Part shown: positions 12,412-25,599 of the stretch, in pieces | How positions within the stretch are numbered: the stretch's first letter is position 1 | How the letters are laid out: each line of letters begins with the position of its first letter | Made by a program: the position numbers and the translations under genes | From: Dicyema japonicum | Lineage: Eukaryota; Animalia; Dicyemida | DNA: 64,000 nt | Direction: 5' to 3' | Assembly (NCBI GenBank): GCA_011109175.1 | Contig: RDEW01000013.1 | Coordinates: forward strand, 1,184,767-1,248,766 | Notes under the pieces: model-generated | What the model saw: only the letters and a program-made list of their open reading frames with translations | The model's database searches: none | Told to the model about the DNA's origin: nothing

Positions 12412-13190
12412 TTAGTTCCCTTTGTTGGATATTAAGCTCTTTTTTTTACTCTCGTCTGACGTGTTTGCCGCTTTTAGTCGTAGCTCTCTGCAATGCTTTG
12501 CCATATTTGGCACGTTCGGGTGGTGATCCAATTTTAGGGCGTGATGATTTCGAACTCCAAGGCATATTTTGGCCGACTTGGAGATTGCCTGTTTTGTTTG
12601 ATCCCACATAGTTCGTACTGATGATTCCGGTGCGGTTTTCACCATAAGAGTCTCGATTTGTTCGTGATATTTAGCTCTACAAGTTTGCTCTAACCACAAT
12701 TTTTCTGTCTGAAAGTATATATTGGGTCTTTGTCTCGCCTTCTTCGCGTTTTCAATGTATTTTTTACCAGTCAGGTGCTTTTTTACACAAAGTTTTGCAA
12801 TGACGATCCTGTGGTCGCTGTCGGTTGTTGTTCCCTGGTAGGAACGTGCATCATTTATCAGGTGTTTATCAGACTTTAGGCAGATAATGTAGTCGATTTG
12901 ATTATATATATTCACGGTCTCTCCGACAGAGTTTTTTCTTTGTCCGTGCCACGTCGTCTTGTGGCAAGCTGAGTGCGTAAATGCCGTGTTGCACAGGAAA
13001 AGGCTATTTGCCTCACAGAAGTTTACCAGAGAGGCTCCAGATGCATTTCTCCTTCCGCGTCCGTGTCTTCCAATAGAGGATTCTTCGGGCCCCATTCGCA
13101 TTCCGGCCTTTGCATTCATATCTCCCGCAACAAAGACAAGAGGCGAGGAAGCATTGTTAGAGTATGTGCTTGATAGTTCTGAGTAGAATT
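12412..13190 (-). CDS. RTE AP-endonuclease region, separated from the RT by frameshifts
   Basis: Motifs EEFYSEL..VAGDMNAK, LCNTAF, IYNQIDYII, DSDHRIV. Frameshifts near 13190, at the A8 run near 12442, and near 12285. Confidence 0.85.
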
Positions 13191-13351
13191 CCTCAGTTCA
13201 CCGGGGTTCTTGATTACTCGTCTTTCAGTTATTATACCAAAGCATGAACATTTCTAGTTTCCAGTTATTATACCATAGCATGAACATTTCTAGTTTCATA
13301 GAAACGGACTAGCCTGGATATTTCTTAGGAATAACGTGAACGACATTGAAT

Positions 13352-14183
13352 CATTATTATTAAAAGCACTTTCACAGAGCCAAAGAACATTATATAAACA
13401 AAGGTTCCGTTTTTACCTCACATTTCGCTATTTGCTTCACTAGGCATCTCCATCGCCCTATGTTTTGAGAATCTGTCTGTAGATCCTCTAGTTTTGTTCC
13501 AATTCCATTAAGTTCCTTGTTTAGAGCCACAGGGAGGGTGAATCTGGGCCTTCCTCTGAAAGATGGTATGTTCTCATTGTCAAAGTAATTATCCATTAAT
13601 ATATTTGCAGGGACGTTTATGTAGCATGTGCCAAAACAGTCTCTATCTTGATTAAATAATGTCGATGCTAATTGTACTCGATTTTGCCAGAGAGTAGAAT
13701 TTCTTATTTGAAATCTTCTTGGTCAACCTATGCCCATTAAATTGCGTAATTGTTTTCAATGAAATACATCTATTTTCTTGAGCTAGCTCTTTTTCCTCCA
13801 ACTTTCGTCAATATATTTTAATAGCCCTGTGATTCTTATCTGTTCAGCCTTTTCCTGATTAACTCGCAGAGACCAATTCTTTAATTATCACAAAGATTTT
13901 ATCTAGAGCAAGTCCAAGATCATTTTCTTACATAAAATCTATGTCATCTGCATGTATAATCTCCATCGGCATGCATCCTTTATATTATGTTCTACAAGAC
14001 TCAATGGCGCTTCGAGGTATACGGCGAATAGAACCGGAGATAGAGAGTCCCCCTGAGGTATTTAAACTTTTATCCCAAAAGGCTTCGTGTTCCCAACTCG
14101 TACAATTAATTCAGTATTAGATAATATGAAACGGACAAGTCTTGTGATATCCTCATCAAGGAAACTCCCAGCAACGCACAGAA
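13352..14183 (-). mobile_element. Older 5'-truncated RTE insertion with 9-bp TSD ACATTGAAT
   Basis: TSD at 13343-51 and 14184-92. PQGDSLSP and RGRPRFTLPVALNKEL motifs. Empty site with a single ACATTGAAT at 33091. Confidence 0.85.
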
Positions 14184-16712
14184 ACATTGAATAACGTGAT
14201 TAACATTTTTTTTAAATAAAATAATTTTAATTTTCGAATAATATTAAATTTTATATAAATGATAGAGACTTTTCTTCCTAACTCCGTTTATTATCCGATA
14301 GGTTACGGGTGCCCCCAAATGGTAAGGAAAAGTTGATGGCTCTTTTCGTTTTTTTCCTGGATGCGTGACACCTTTTGGGAGAGCCCAAAAAATCACGTTA
14401 AGCACGTGTTAATTAGATGTAATTTTTTTTCATTTCAAACCGTCGTTCGAAAGAAAATCAAAAATTTTCATTGATCCTGTCTAGATACTAGTAACAAGGT
14501 CTCCCTCAATTCTTGGTTTGATGTTCGACAGGCTGTTGAATTTCAACTCCCGTGTAAGATAGTCCTTATTAAAGACCTGCAGAAGTTGAACGTTGTATGC
14601 GTGCTTGTCTGAAGGACTTCTTTGAAATTAGATGCTTCTGTTACAACAATCTACCTGCAAACTATCGCCCCGGCTGTGGAGTACGCCGCTGTTGCGTGGA
14701 GATTCGCGTTGTAAAATACTACGCTACACAGACTCAATTAAATCTGGAAAACTATTCGTATGATTGGCCGTCATTCTGATCAATATTTACTCCTTACTCA
14801 CGTATCCAGATTCCTTTGGGTCGGCATGGAGGATGGAACCCACTTAGCTTGTCCTTATCCAAGGCAAAAGAGATTGGATTGATTGGGAAGTTTCTTTCCC
14901 CAATCGGATCCTTTGCAGGAATGAACAAAGGCTCTCTCGCACAGTAGTGGAACAATGGTAAACCACAGACATAGGATGACTCGTATGATTGCGGAAACTG
15001 GGATTACCTAACTGTCTGACGTTTTTTATGTCTTTCTAGTTGATCCGGTTATCCTCTTTTAGGTAGCATTTTTTCTCTCAGATTTTTATAGATCTGATCA
15101 ATTCTTTGTTCAATTCTCAATCATCTATGGTCATTAAGAGATTTAGTCTCACTTTTCCAATGGTTTGTGCTATCACTCGCGTCGCATTTAGCTGATGGTT
15201 CTATTCTCAGATCGATACTTACTTGGTCCAAGAATTTATTATGCTTGTTGCATTTTTCAATTCCTAGGGACGTCATTAAATCCGCCAAAATTAAATGCCT
15301 AATGTCATGGCGTCCAAAAAGAATCTTTCTCTTCTCTATTGCAGTGGAGGGTTCCCATAATAGTGGATCTTGCAAAAACGTGATGCTGGAAAAGGATAAG
15401 TCTGACCGAAGAACTGTATAAAACTTTTTTTACGTATATCTGGGGTAATTAAAAATTAAAAAAATATAAATAATTTTTTTAAATAATTACCAGTATAAAT
15501 TTGGTATGAAAGTAACCTATTTCTTCTAGATTTTCTTATTTTAATTCATAACGCAAAATTTCTCAAAATATCATTTTAGAAATAATGAGTGCTACTCTTT
15601 TTAAATTTCATTTCAGTTTATTGAGATATAAAAATTATTTTTTGCTGAATTTTTCATATTTGACCCATTTCCTAAAATAACTAACTCGTAAATCAAAATG
15701 AAAAATTAGAATATGTACGGAAATACAGTCTGCTCTTATAAATATGCATTTATTTGTGAGAAATATGGAATCTCTTAAGCAAGTCCGACTGAATAGAGAA
15801 GAAATCCTATGTGCATTCTGTTCTCTGTTAAATTTGGTAAATTAAAACTTATTGCTTGAAAATTAAATTCTTAATTTGATATTGCTTTTAAAAAAACCTT
15901 AGAAGTTTAACTTTATGACTTGCATCGATCTGGAGAGACCTCACGTGTAGTAAAAAGAAGAAAACAAGAAATTATTGGCGAGGTGTTTTCTAGTGCGGCA
16001 CAGTAGTTGAAAGGGATCTTTCTACTTTCTCCATGACCAAATCCACTAATGAAGATTACCTTTATGAAAACTCTCCTCCGAAGATTGAAGAGATTCAGCG
16101 ACGGTAGGAAGTGTGATGAAAATGTAAGAGAGTGAACCAACTCGCTATATTGTAAGCCTGGGGAAAATAAATAAAACATATAGATGCTTCTGTTACAACA
16201 ATCTATTTATTTTCTTGATGAAAAAAATCAATAGTATATATAGACTAGGTGTAACCTGTTTGGATGTGTGCAAAAAGCTGTCATTAGCTTTCTACCTTTA
16301 AAAACGCAGGGGTAACAATTATTTACTTTAGCAATACCTTATTGAATAATCCCAAAACAGGATAGCCCAGTGTTATCAATACATATAGTTCTAATTTCGA
16401 ATCTTGCTGCTTTTTATTCCAACTGAAGGTTTAACACATCTAAAATGTTGAAGGTTTGACGAATGACGTTTTCATTAGTGAATGGCTTTAATAAAAGGGT
16501 TAAAAATCTCAATAGTACCAGTTTAAAGGTTTAAAGGTCAAACGGAATTTTCATTAATGGATTGTTAGTTTTAGAATTAGGATTTGTAATTATATCAATG
16601 TTCTCTATATCAGATTGGATATATTTTCCTGGCTGTATGAAAGCAAAATACATTTTTTAAATATGCATGCACATCGCGTTCAATATAATAGAACACATAC
16701 GTTAGCAAATTA

Positions 16713-17157
16713 ATGTTAACTTTACTGATGACATTGGTTTCTTTAGTAATTAACAGCGTACCAATAAATTCAACTCAAAAACTTCAAGGTAATTTTATTA
16801 AAGTTAATTTTACTAGATAAACAATGAGAAAGAGAGGATATTATGCTTGCAGTACAATTTGACGAATGTAAAAGAAAAATCATAGAATTAAAAACTCTCG
16901 CTGATGTTATCCGATTCGAGAACAAAGATAATTGTAATGAAGAATATAATAATATAATGTATTTTCGCACATTTGGGCATCTTCGCAAACTTTATGAAGA
17001 ATTTAGTTGGAACAGCACAAATGCTTATTGTGTGCAAATGCCTCATCTAAGGTTGGCACTGCTAATTATTTGCGATAACGTGAAAGTCACAAATACAAAA
17101 TTAAGACTGTACACTACATGTGTAAATAGCACATCGTCTAATCATGAGAATAGTTAA
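16713..17157 (+). pseudogene. Secreted family copy 4, with nonsense TGA at 16825-27 replacing a conserved Cys codon
   Basis: Intron 16789-16816. TGT in copies 1, 2, 3 and 5 is TGA here. Confidence 0.75.
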
Positions 17158-19682
17158 CTAATGGATAATTTCAATATTTCTGTTAAATAGATCTTTATTC
17201 ATTAAATAATTAGAGTGACATTAGCAACAAATCAGGCTATAGCTGGCCGGACTTAGGAAACTAATGAAATACTCATCCTTTAAAGATTGTTCCGTTTTGT
17301 CTAATTGTCTCAATATATCTGGAGTGACTGGAAGAATTGGGAAACGAGTTTTAATGAAATTAGTTATTCGATTTAGAAATTTCAAAGTTCCTCAGATTTG
17401 GCGTATATTCTTGCAATTACGATATCTCTTGGGAACAGAGTCTAATTTGTTTCTATTTTTTTATTCTTTGATTTATTAAAAGAGCAAAAAATAAATTTTC
17501 ATGCTAAATTTAACAAAAAATAGGTTAATAAATGAATCCACAATTATCTTTACATCAGATTTTTTATGAGAAAACGATTTATTACGAAACAAGACAATCA
17601 AAATAATTCAGCTGATTTAATGGAATAGCTGTTTACCCTGACAACTGCCAGAGAAATCTTTTGGAACAGCCATTCGGTTTACCGATGCTCATTACAGATT
17701 ATAAAATTTTTTTGTTTTAACTCAAAAAACAACATTTTAGGATTTTTAGAATTGTCGATATTTATAATCTGATTTGAAAAATTTTAAATATTAACCATTA
17801 TAGCTGTTCCTTCTCTTATCATGTTCTACTATAGTGGATGTCATGATATACATGTTTCCAGCTGCGATAAAGGATCATTTGTTTTCTCACACTATTTGTG
17901 AGTGCTTCCAAAAGCAAGGATGGGAAGTCTTATTCATTTTTCATTGTTTCTAGATTCACTTAAGTGGAATATTGGTACGTCTGTGTTTCATCGCTGCGGA
18001 ATCGGAATTTTCCGCCCTTTATGAAAAAGTTTCCTAACTCCTTACAGATACGTTGGGACCCCTGGCGATTTATCAACGTTTCCGCCTCTGAAAAAAGACT
18101 GGGGATGGATATGGTGTCTGATTGCATTTGCTACATGATCATCCGCCAGAGCGTTCACACGCTAGACCTACAAGGGGGAAGAGTGAATCTCTAAGTAAAA
18201 CATGCATATTCAATCGTCGTAGTATAACTTGGAGATATAGTTTGCAGATACAAGCAGTAGGTGACAGGGCATCTTCTTATGTAACTTTTAAACGCTCTAT
18301 TTTTCGAAGACCCTTTGTTAACACTTCCTTTGTGTTTTTTAGAAACATCATAAGAAAATCAAATGTCACTCCAAAGATGTACTGGATTCGCGTATAAGGA
18401 ATCGGAATGTTTTATGAGGAATATCTCAAGTCCACCCTTAAATCTCCTGTCTTAGTAAATAGGCAGAACTGAGACATTGATGCAGACATAAACAACAAAT
18501 TAACGGATAGCCAGTCACACACCTGGTTGAGGTGTGACTGAACCACCACCTCAGCCCTGGAAGGAAATTCCTCCCTTGCAGCAATAATCAGGTCATCCGC
18601 GTAGGATAAACACATAGTGTGTTGATCTTTGGACCTCTATTAATTTCAAATGGGGAAGGAATATGCTTCAACCTGATACAGCAAGTATAAAGACATCTTA
18701 CATATTCATAGAGTGCCGGGGTGCATCATTGAAAAAACTCATAGCGATCAGGAAAGTGACTATTAGCAAAGCTATCGTCCCTTCCCACCCTTGTTTTTGG
18801 AAGTACTCACATGGAGTAGGAGAGACAAATGATTCTTTATCATGCCACTCTGGCTCTGGACGCAGCAGGAAACTGGTATATCATGACATTGCTTCGAAGC
18901 CGTATTTTTTAATAATTTATATAAACTTTCTAACAATAGCTAGTGTCAATATTGAGTACGAGCTTACCCAGGATTACCCTCGGAAAGGCTGAGACTATAA
19001 AGAAAAATAAATACAATATATCGTTGGGCAGTTTACTTTTTGAACAAGTTGTCGTCAAATATTTGTACTCATTGGAAACTGATACTGACTTCGCTGAACC
19101 TTAATGGATCGTTTATCATGAGGAGGAAAAAATAAGAGAGAAAGGAGCTGTCTTATTTAACTCATTTTTTTCACAAAGTAAAATAAATAAAAAAAAAGTT
19201 TTGGTGATAAATTTATGTGAAAACACAAGTAAAATAGTTTGAAGAATTGCAGATATTAATCAAATTATTTTTATTTGTAAAAGTATACAACTTTCGGAAG
19301 TGATTGAATGTTTAGAAGAAAGCCTGCATCTTCCACTTACCATGAAAATGAAAGAGGTGTGAGGCTCGGTAGATATAAGAAACTCTAAATTTAAGATCGA
19401 ATGGAGATACGGGTTCGAATATCGGAAAACAAAAAAAAACTTGGAAGATAAATATCAGAAACAGCATGTTTAGAATGATTCTAAGTATGTTGATGATCAT
19501 AATAAAATAACCAAGTAACGTGTTAGAATAAAGTATAACAATGAAAGACAAGTAAAGTTTATAAAATGTAGAAATAAGCCATAATAGTCTTCCAGTTAAT
19601 ATACCAAAGCATGAACATTTCTAGTTTCATAGAAACGGACTAGCCTGGATATTTCTTAGGAATAACGTGAACGACATTGAAT

Positions 19683-20486
19683 CATTATTATTAAAAGCAC
19701 TTTCACAGAGCCAAAGAACGTTATATTAACTAAGATCCCGTTTTTACCTCACATTTCGCAATTTGCTTCACTAGACATCTCCATCGCTCTCTGTTTTGAG
19801 CATCTGTCTGTAGATCTTCTAGTTTTGTTTCAATTCCATTAAGTTCCTTGTTTAGAGCCACAGGGAGGGTGAATCTGGGCCTTCCTCTGAAAGATGGTAT
19901 GTTCTCATTGTCAAAGTAATTATCCATTAATATATTTGCAGGTAAGTTTATGTCGCATGTGCCAAAACAGTCTCTATCTTGATTAAATAATGTCGATGCT
20001 AATTGTACTCGATTTTGCCAGAGAGTAGAATTTCTTATTTGAAATCTTCTTGGGTCAACCTATGCCCATTAAATTGCGTAATTGTTCTCTTTTTCCTCCA
20101 ACTTTCGTCAATATATTTTAATAGCCCTGTGATTCTTATGTGTTCAGTCTTTTCCTGATTAACTCGCAGAGACCAATTCTTTAATTCTCACAAAGATTTT
20201 CTCTAGAGCAAGTCCAAAATTATTTTCTGACATAAAATCTATGTCATCTGAATGTATAATCTCCATCGGCATGCATCCTTTATATTAAGTTCTAAGAACA
20301 CTCAATGGCGCTTCGAGGTATACGGCGAATAGAACCGGAGATAAAGAGTCCCCCTGAGGTATTTCAACTGTTGTCCCTAAACGCTTCGTGTTGCCAACTC
20401 GTACTTTGAATTCAGTATTAGATAATATGAAATGGACAAGTCTTGTGTTATCCTCATCAAGTAAACTCCCAGCAATGTACATTACA
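19683..20486 (-). mobile_element. Unit-B duplicate of the older RTE insertion
   Basis: TSD ACATTGAAT at 19674-82 and 20487-95. EIPQGDSLSPVLFAVYLE motif. Confidence 0.85.
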
Positions 20487-20619
20487 ACATTGAATAAACG
20501 TGTTAACATTATTTATTTTAAATTAAATATTTTTAATTTTAGAATAATATTAAATTTTATATAAATGATAGAGACTTTTTTTTCCTAACTCCGTTTATTA
20601 TCTGATAAATCCTTTAATG

Positions 20620-20825
20620 CTCTAATGGATTGGGTCTTACTAAAAGACTTTACATCACCCCTCTTGTATTTCTTTCAAAACCCTCCCGTCCACAGAGAAG
20701 CTGTGTTGGATCTCGGAAGGTCCACCGGAAAAAGATGAGAGACCTGATGGAGGAGGCCGGGATCACCTAATTAGTTTAATACAATTAAATTAACTATTGG
20801 TGTTCTTGGGTTAAATAAATAATAG
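20620..20825 (+). mobile_element. 3' end of an I-like LINE
   Basis: aaaagatgagagacctgatggaggaggccgggatcacctaa..ggttaaataaataat matches the 3' end of the 27630-28445 element. Confidence 0.55.
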
Positions 20826-23191
20826 CTTACGGGAGGTAGGGAAAAGTTATGGGAGGTAGGAAAAGGGAAAAGTTGATGGCTCTTTTCGTTCTTTTCCTGG
20901 ATGTGTGACACATTTCGGGAGAGCCAAAGACATCACGTTAACACATGTTAATTAGATGTTAATTCCTTTTACCTCAAACCGTCGTTCATAAGAAGATCCA
21001 AAATTTTCATTGATCCTGTTCAGATACTAGTAACAAGGTCTCCCTCAATTTTTGGTTTGATGTTCGACAGGCTGTTGAATTTCAACTCCCGTGAAGAAAG
21101 TCCTTATTAAAGACCTGCAGAAGTTGAACGTTGTATGCGTGCTTGTCTGAAGGATTTCTTTGAAATTAGATGCTTCTGTTACAACAATCTATCTGCAAAC
21201 TTTCGCCCCGGCTGTAAAGTACGCCGCTGTTGCGTGGAGATTTGCGTTGTCAAAGACTACGCTACACAGACTCAATTAAATCTGGAAAACTATTGGTATG
21301 ATTGGCCGTCATTCTGATCAATGGTTACTCCTTATTTACGGATCCAGATTCCTTCGGGTCGGCATGGAGGATGGAACCCACTTAGCTTTTCCTTATCCAA
21401 GGCAAAAGAGATTGGATTGATTGGGAAGTTTCTCTCCCAATCGGATTCGTTTGCAGGAATGAGAAAAGGCTCTCTCGCACAGTAGTGGAACAATGGAGAC
21501 CACAGACGTTGGATGACTCGTATGATTGGGGAACTGGGATTACCTAACTGTCTGACGTTTATGTCTTTCTAGTGATCCGGTTATCCTCTTCCAGGTAGCT
21601 TTTTTCCCTCAGATTTTTATAGATCTGATTAATTCTTCGTTCAATTCTAAATCATCTATAGTCATTGGGAGATTCAGACTCACTTACTTTTTCAATGGTT
21701 AGTGCTATCACTCGCGTCGCATTTAGCTGAGGGTTCTATTCTCAGATCGATACTTGCTTGGTCCAAAAATTTATTATGCTGTTTGCATTTTTCAATTCCT
21801 AGGGACGTCATTAAATCCGCCAAAATTAAATGCCTAATTTCATGGCGTCAAAAAGAATCTTTCTCTTCTCTATTGCAGTGGAGGGTTCCCATAATAGTGG
21901 ATTCAAAAAAGATGATGCTGAGAAAGGATATTTCCGACGGAAAGGTATATCTGGGATAATTAAAATAATATAAATAAAATTTTAAAATAATTACCAGTAT
22001 GAATTTGGTATGAAAGTAACCTATTTCTTATTTTCATTCATAACGCAAAATAATTCTCAAAATATCATTTTAGAAATTATGAGTGCAAGGAATTTTGTGA
22101 TCTCTACTCGTTTTAAATTTCATTTCACTTTATTGAGATATAAAAATTATTTTTTGCTGAATTTTTCATATTTGACCCATTTTCTAAAATAACTAACTCG
22201 TAAATCAAAATGAAAAATTAGAATATGTACGGAAATACAGTCTGCTCTGTAGAAATATGCATTTTTTGTGAGAAATATGGAATCTCTTAAGCAAGTCCGA
22301 CTGAATAAAGAAGAAATCCTATGTGCATTCTGTTCTCTGTCAAATTTGGTAAATTAAAACTTATTGCTTGAAAATTAAATTCTTAATCTGATATTGCTTT
22401 TGAAAAAACCTTAGAAGTTTAACTTTATGACTTGCATCGATCTGGAGAAACCTCACGTGTTGTAAAAAGAAAACAAGAAATTATTGGGGAGGTGTTTTCT
22501 AGTGCGGCACAGTAGTTGAAAGATCTTTCTACTATCTCCATGACCATTTCCACAAATGAAGATTACCTTTATGAAAACTCTTCGCCTAAAATTGAAGTGA
22601 TGTCGCGACGGTAGGAAGTGTGATGAAAATGTAAGAGAGTAAACCAACTCGCTATATTGTAAGCCTGGGTAAAATAAATAAAACAATTTATTTTCTTGAT
22701 GAAAAAAATCAATAGTATATATAGACGAGGTGCAACCTGTTTGGATGTGTGCAAAAAGCTGTCATTAGCTTTCTACCATTAAAAACGCAGGGGTTAATAA
22801 TTATTTACTTCAGCAATACCTTATTGAATAATCCCAAAACAGGATAGCCCAGTAATCAATACATATGGTTCCAATTTCGAATCTTGCTGCTTTTTATTCC
22901 AACTGAAGGTTTAACACATCTAAAAGTTGAGAGTTTGACGGGTGACGTTTTCATTAGTGAATGGCTTTAATAAAAGGGTTAAAAATCTCAATAGTACCAG
23001 TTAAAAGGTTTAAAGGTCAGACGGAATTTTCATTAATGGATTGTTAGTTTTAGAATTAGGATTTGTAATTATATCAATGTTCTCTATATCAGATTGGATA
23101 TATTTTCTCGGCTGTATGAAAGCAAAATACATTTTTTAAATATGCATGCACATCGCGTTCAATATAATAGAACACATACGTTAGCAAATTA

Positions 23192-23635
23192 ATGTTAACT
23201 TTACTGATGACATTGGTTTCTTTAGTATTAACAGCGTACCAATAAATTCAACTCAAAAACTACAAGGTAATTTTATTAAAGTTGATTTTACTAGATAAAC
23301 AATGTGAAAGAGAGGCTATTAGGCTTGCAGTGGAATTTGACGAATGTAAAAAAAAAATCTTAGATATAAAGACTCTCGTTGATGCTATCCGAATTAAGAA
23401 CAAAGATAATTGTAATGAAGAATATAATGATATAATGTATTATTGCACATTTGGGAATCTTCGCAAACTTTATGAAGAATATAGTTGGAACAGCACAAAT
23501 GCTTATTGTGTGCAAATGCCCCATCTAAAGTTAGCACTGTTAACTATTTGCAATAACGTGAAAGCCACAAATACAAGATTAAGACTGTACGCTACATGTG
23601 TAAATAGTACACCGTCTAATTATGAGAATAGTTAA
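23192..23635 (+). CDS. Secreted family copy 5. Intron 23267-23294; exon 1 is 1 nt short (frameshift, real or assembly error)
   Basis: gtaatt reads gtatt in exon 1. Exon 2 is open to the stop codon. Confidence 0.7.
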
Positions 23636-24741
23636 CTAATGGATAATTTCAATATTTCTGTTTAATAGATCTTTATTCATTAAATAATTAGAGTGACATT
23701 AGCAACAAATCAGGCTATAGCTGGCCGGACTTAGGAAACTAATGAAATACTCATCCATTAAAGATTGTTCCGTTTTGTCTAATTGTCTCAATATATCTGG
23801 AGTGACTGGAAGAATTGGGAAACGAGTTTTAATGAAATTGGTTATTCGATTTAGAAATTTCAAAGTTCCTCAGATTTGGCGTAGTTTGTTCCAATTACAA
23901 TATCTCTTGGGAACAGAGTCTAATTTGTTGCTATTTTTTTTTCTTTGATTTATTAAAAGAGCACAAAATAAATTTTCATGCTAAATTTAACAAAAATATA
24001 GGTTAATAAATGAATCCACAATTATCTTTACATCAGATTTTTTTATGAGAAAACGATTTATTACGAAACAAGACAATCAAAATAATTCAGCTGATTTAAT
24101 GGAATAGCTGTTTACCCTGACAACTGCCAAAGAAATCTTTTGGAACAGCCATTCGGTTTACCGATGCTCATTACAGATTATAAAATTTTTTTGTTTTAAC
24201 TCAAAAAACAACATTTTAGGATTTTTAGAATTGTCGATATTTATAATCTGATTTGAAAAATTTTAAATATTAACCATTATAGCTGTTCCTTCTCTTATCA
24301 TGTTCTACTATAGTGGATGTCATGATATACATGTTTCCAGCTGCGATAAAGGATCATCTGTTTTCTCCACTATTGTGAGTTCTTCCAAAAGCAAGGATGG
24401 GAAGTCTTATTCATTTTTCATTGTTTCTAGATTCACTTAAGTGGAATATTGGTACGTCTGTGTTTCATCGCTGCGGAATCGGAATTTTCCGCCCTTTATG
24501 AAAAAGTTTCCTAACCCCTTGCAGATACTTTGGGACCCTTGGCGATTTATCAACGTTTCCGCCTCTGATAAAGACTGGGGATGGATATGGTGTCTGATTG
24601 CATTTGCTACATGATCATCCGCCTGAGAGTTCATACGCTCGACCCACAAGGGAGAAGAGCGAATTTCTAAGTAGAACATGCATATTCAATCGTCGGTAGT
24701 ATAACTTGGAGATATAGTTTGCTGATACAAGCAGTAAATGG

Positions 24742-24823
24742 GTCTGGAAGCGAGAATGTCACAAATACTATATTTTACCAGTACAAGATGTGTGTGGACA
24801 GTACATAATCACCGTGAGAATTA
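24742..24823 (+). pseudogene. 3' fragment of a sixth family copy, plus its downstream flank
   Basis: SGSENVTNT..YKMCVDST resembles SESQNATTN..YLTCVKSM. The flank matches the sequence downstream of copy 1. Confidence 0.55.
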
Positions 24824-25599
24824 GTTAGCTAATAGATATTTTTACTTTCTTTGTTAAAATCGTTATTTATAAATTTTTTTATTCATTAAAATAATTTAAT
24901 GGCATTATCAAAAATTTAGGCTACAGCTAGCCGAACGGAGGAACCAAAGAAATAATCATAAATTGGAGATCGTTTCGATTCGTCTAAATTATCCTCGACA
25001 TTACTTAAGTGACTGAAAGACTGGGCAAACGAGTTATCAATAAAATTTTAATGCGATTAAAAATTCACAGTTGCTAGGATTTGGCGTGTTGGTGGCAATA
25101 TCTAAAGTCTCTTGCGAGCTTGAAGGTATTCTCTTCACTTTATCAGCTTTTTATGTTTTTTGGCAAAATTTTGTATGCTTTTGACAACTCAAATAATATT
25201 TTCAGGATTTTTAGAATTCCTGATATTTATAATGTCCTTTCAACCTCAAAGCCGGAAAATTTTACTCCAATTCAGGATCTGACTGTATAAGGACTCCCGG
25301 GAAGTAAAAAAGGTAAATTAAGCCTCCCTTGTGCCACGTTCATAAAAATTTCGTTAATTATTTTTTTTCAAGTACATTAATCTGAACCAAAAATTTCGAT
25401 GTCTTTCGTATTGTGAAGGTAATAAATATACTAATTTAAAAAAATCTAATGTTATGCTTTATTTAATGAAGTCATAAATCGTTGTCTGTTTTTTATTCCT
25501 TTGAATTAACACTTCTAACTTCTTTATTGTATTTAAATTTTTCAATGCCCCAGATTCTATCATTTTGAAAAGTCATTGATTTTTGTACTTTCTTCTATA

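Larger units (their letters stand above)
10617..13219 (-). mobile_element. Young, 5'-truncated RTE-clade LINE (APE + RT) with (TAA)n tail
   Basis: APE motifs AGDMNAK, NQIDYI and SDH; RT domain downstream. Tail at 10617-10640. Absent from the orthologous site in unit B (19587-19591). Possible TSD GTCTT at 10612-16 and 13220-24. Confidence 0.92.
7240..24720. repeat. Tandem segmental duplication. Unit A ~7240-16180 (contains an extra RTE), unit B 16205-22685, partial unit C 22686-24720; period ~6.48 kb
   Basis: Co-linear near-identical blocks, for example 16205 vs 22686, 14280 vs 20585, 9010 vs 17963 vs 24440. Confidence 0.9.

Noticed and set aside
11516-12611. Plus-strand ORFs of 105-150 aa
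   Set aside because: Antisense shadows of the RTE ORF.
14440-15420. Unclassified repeat with 60-85-aa ORFs on both strands
   Set aside because: The ORFs are not preserved between units A and B or in the inverted copy at 59 kb; no protein family recognised.
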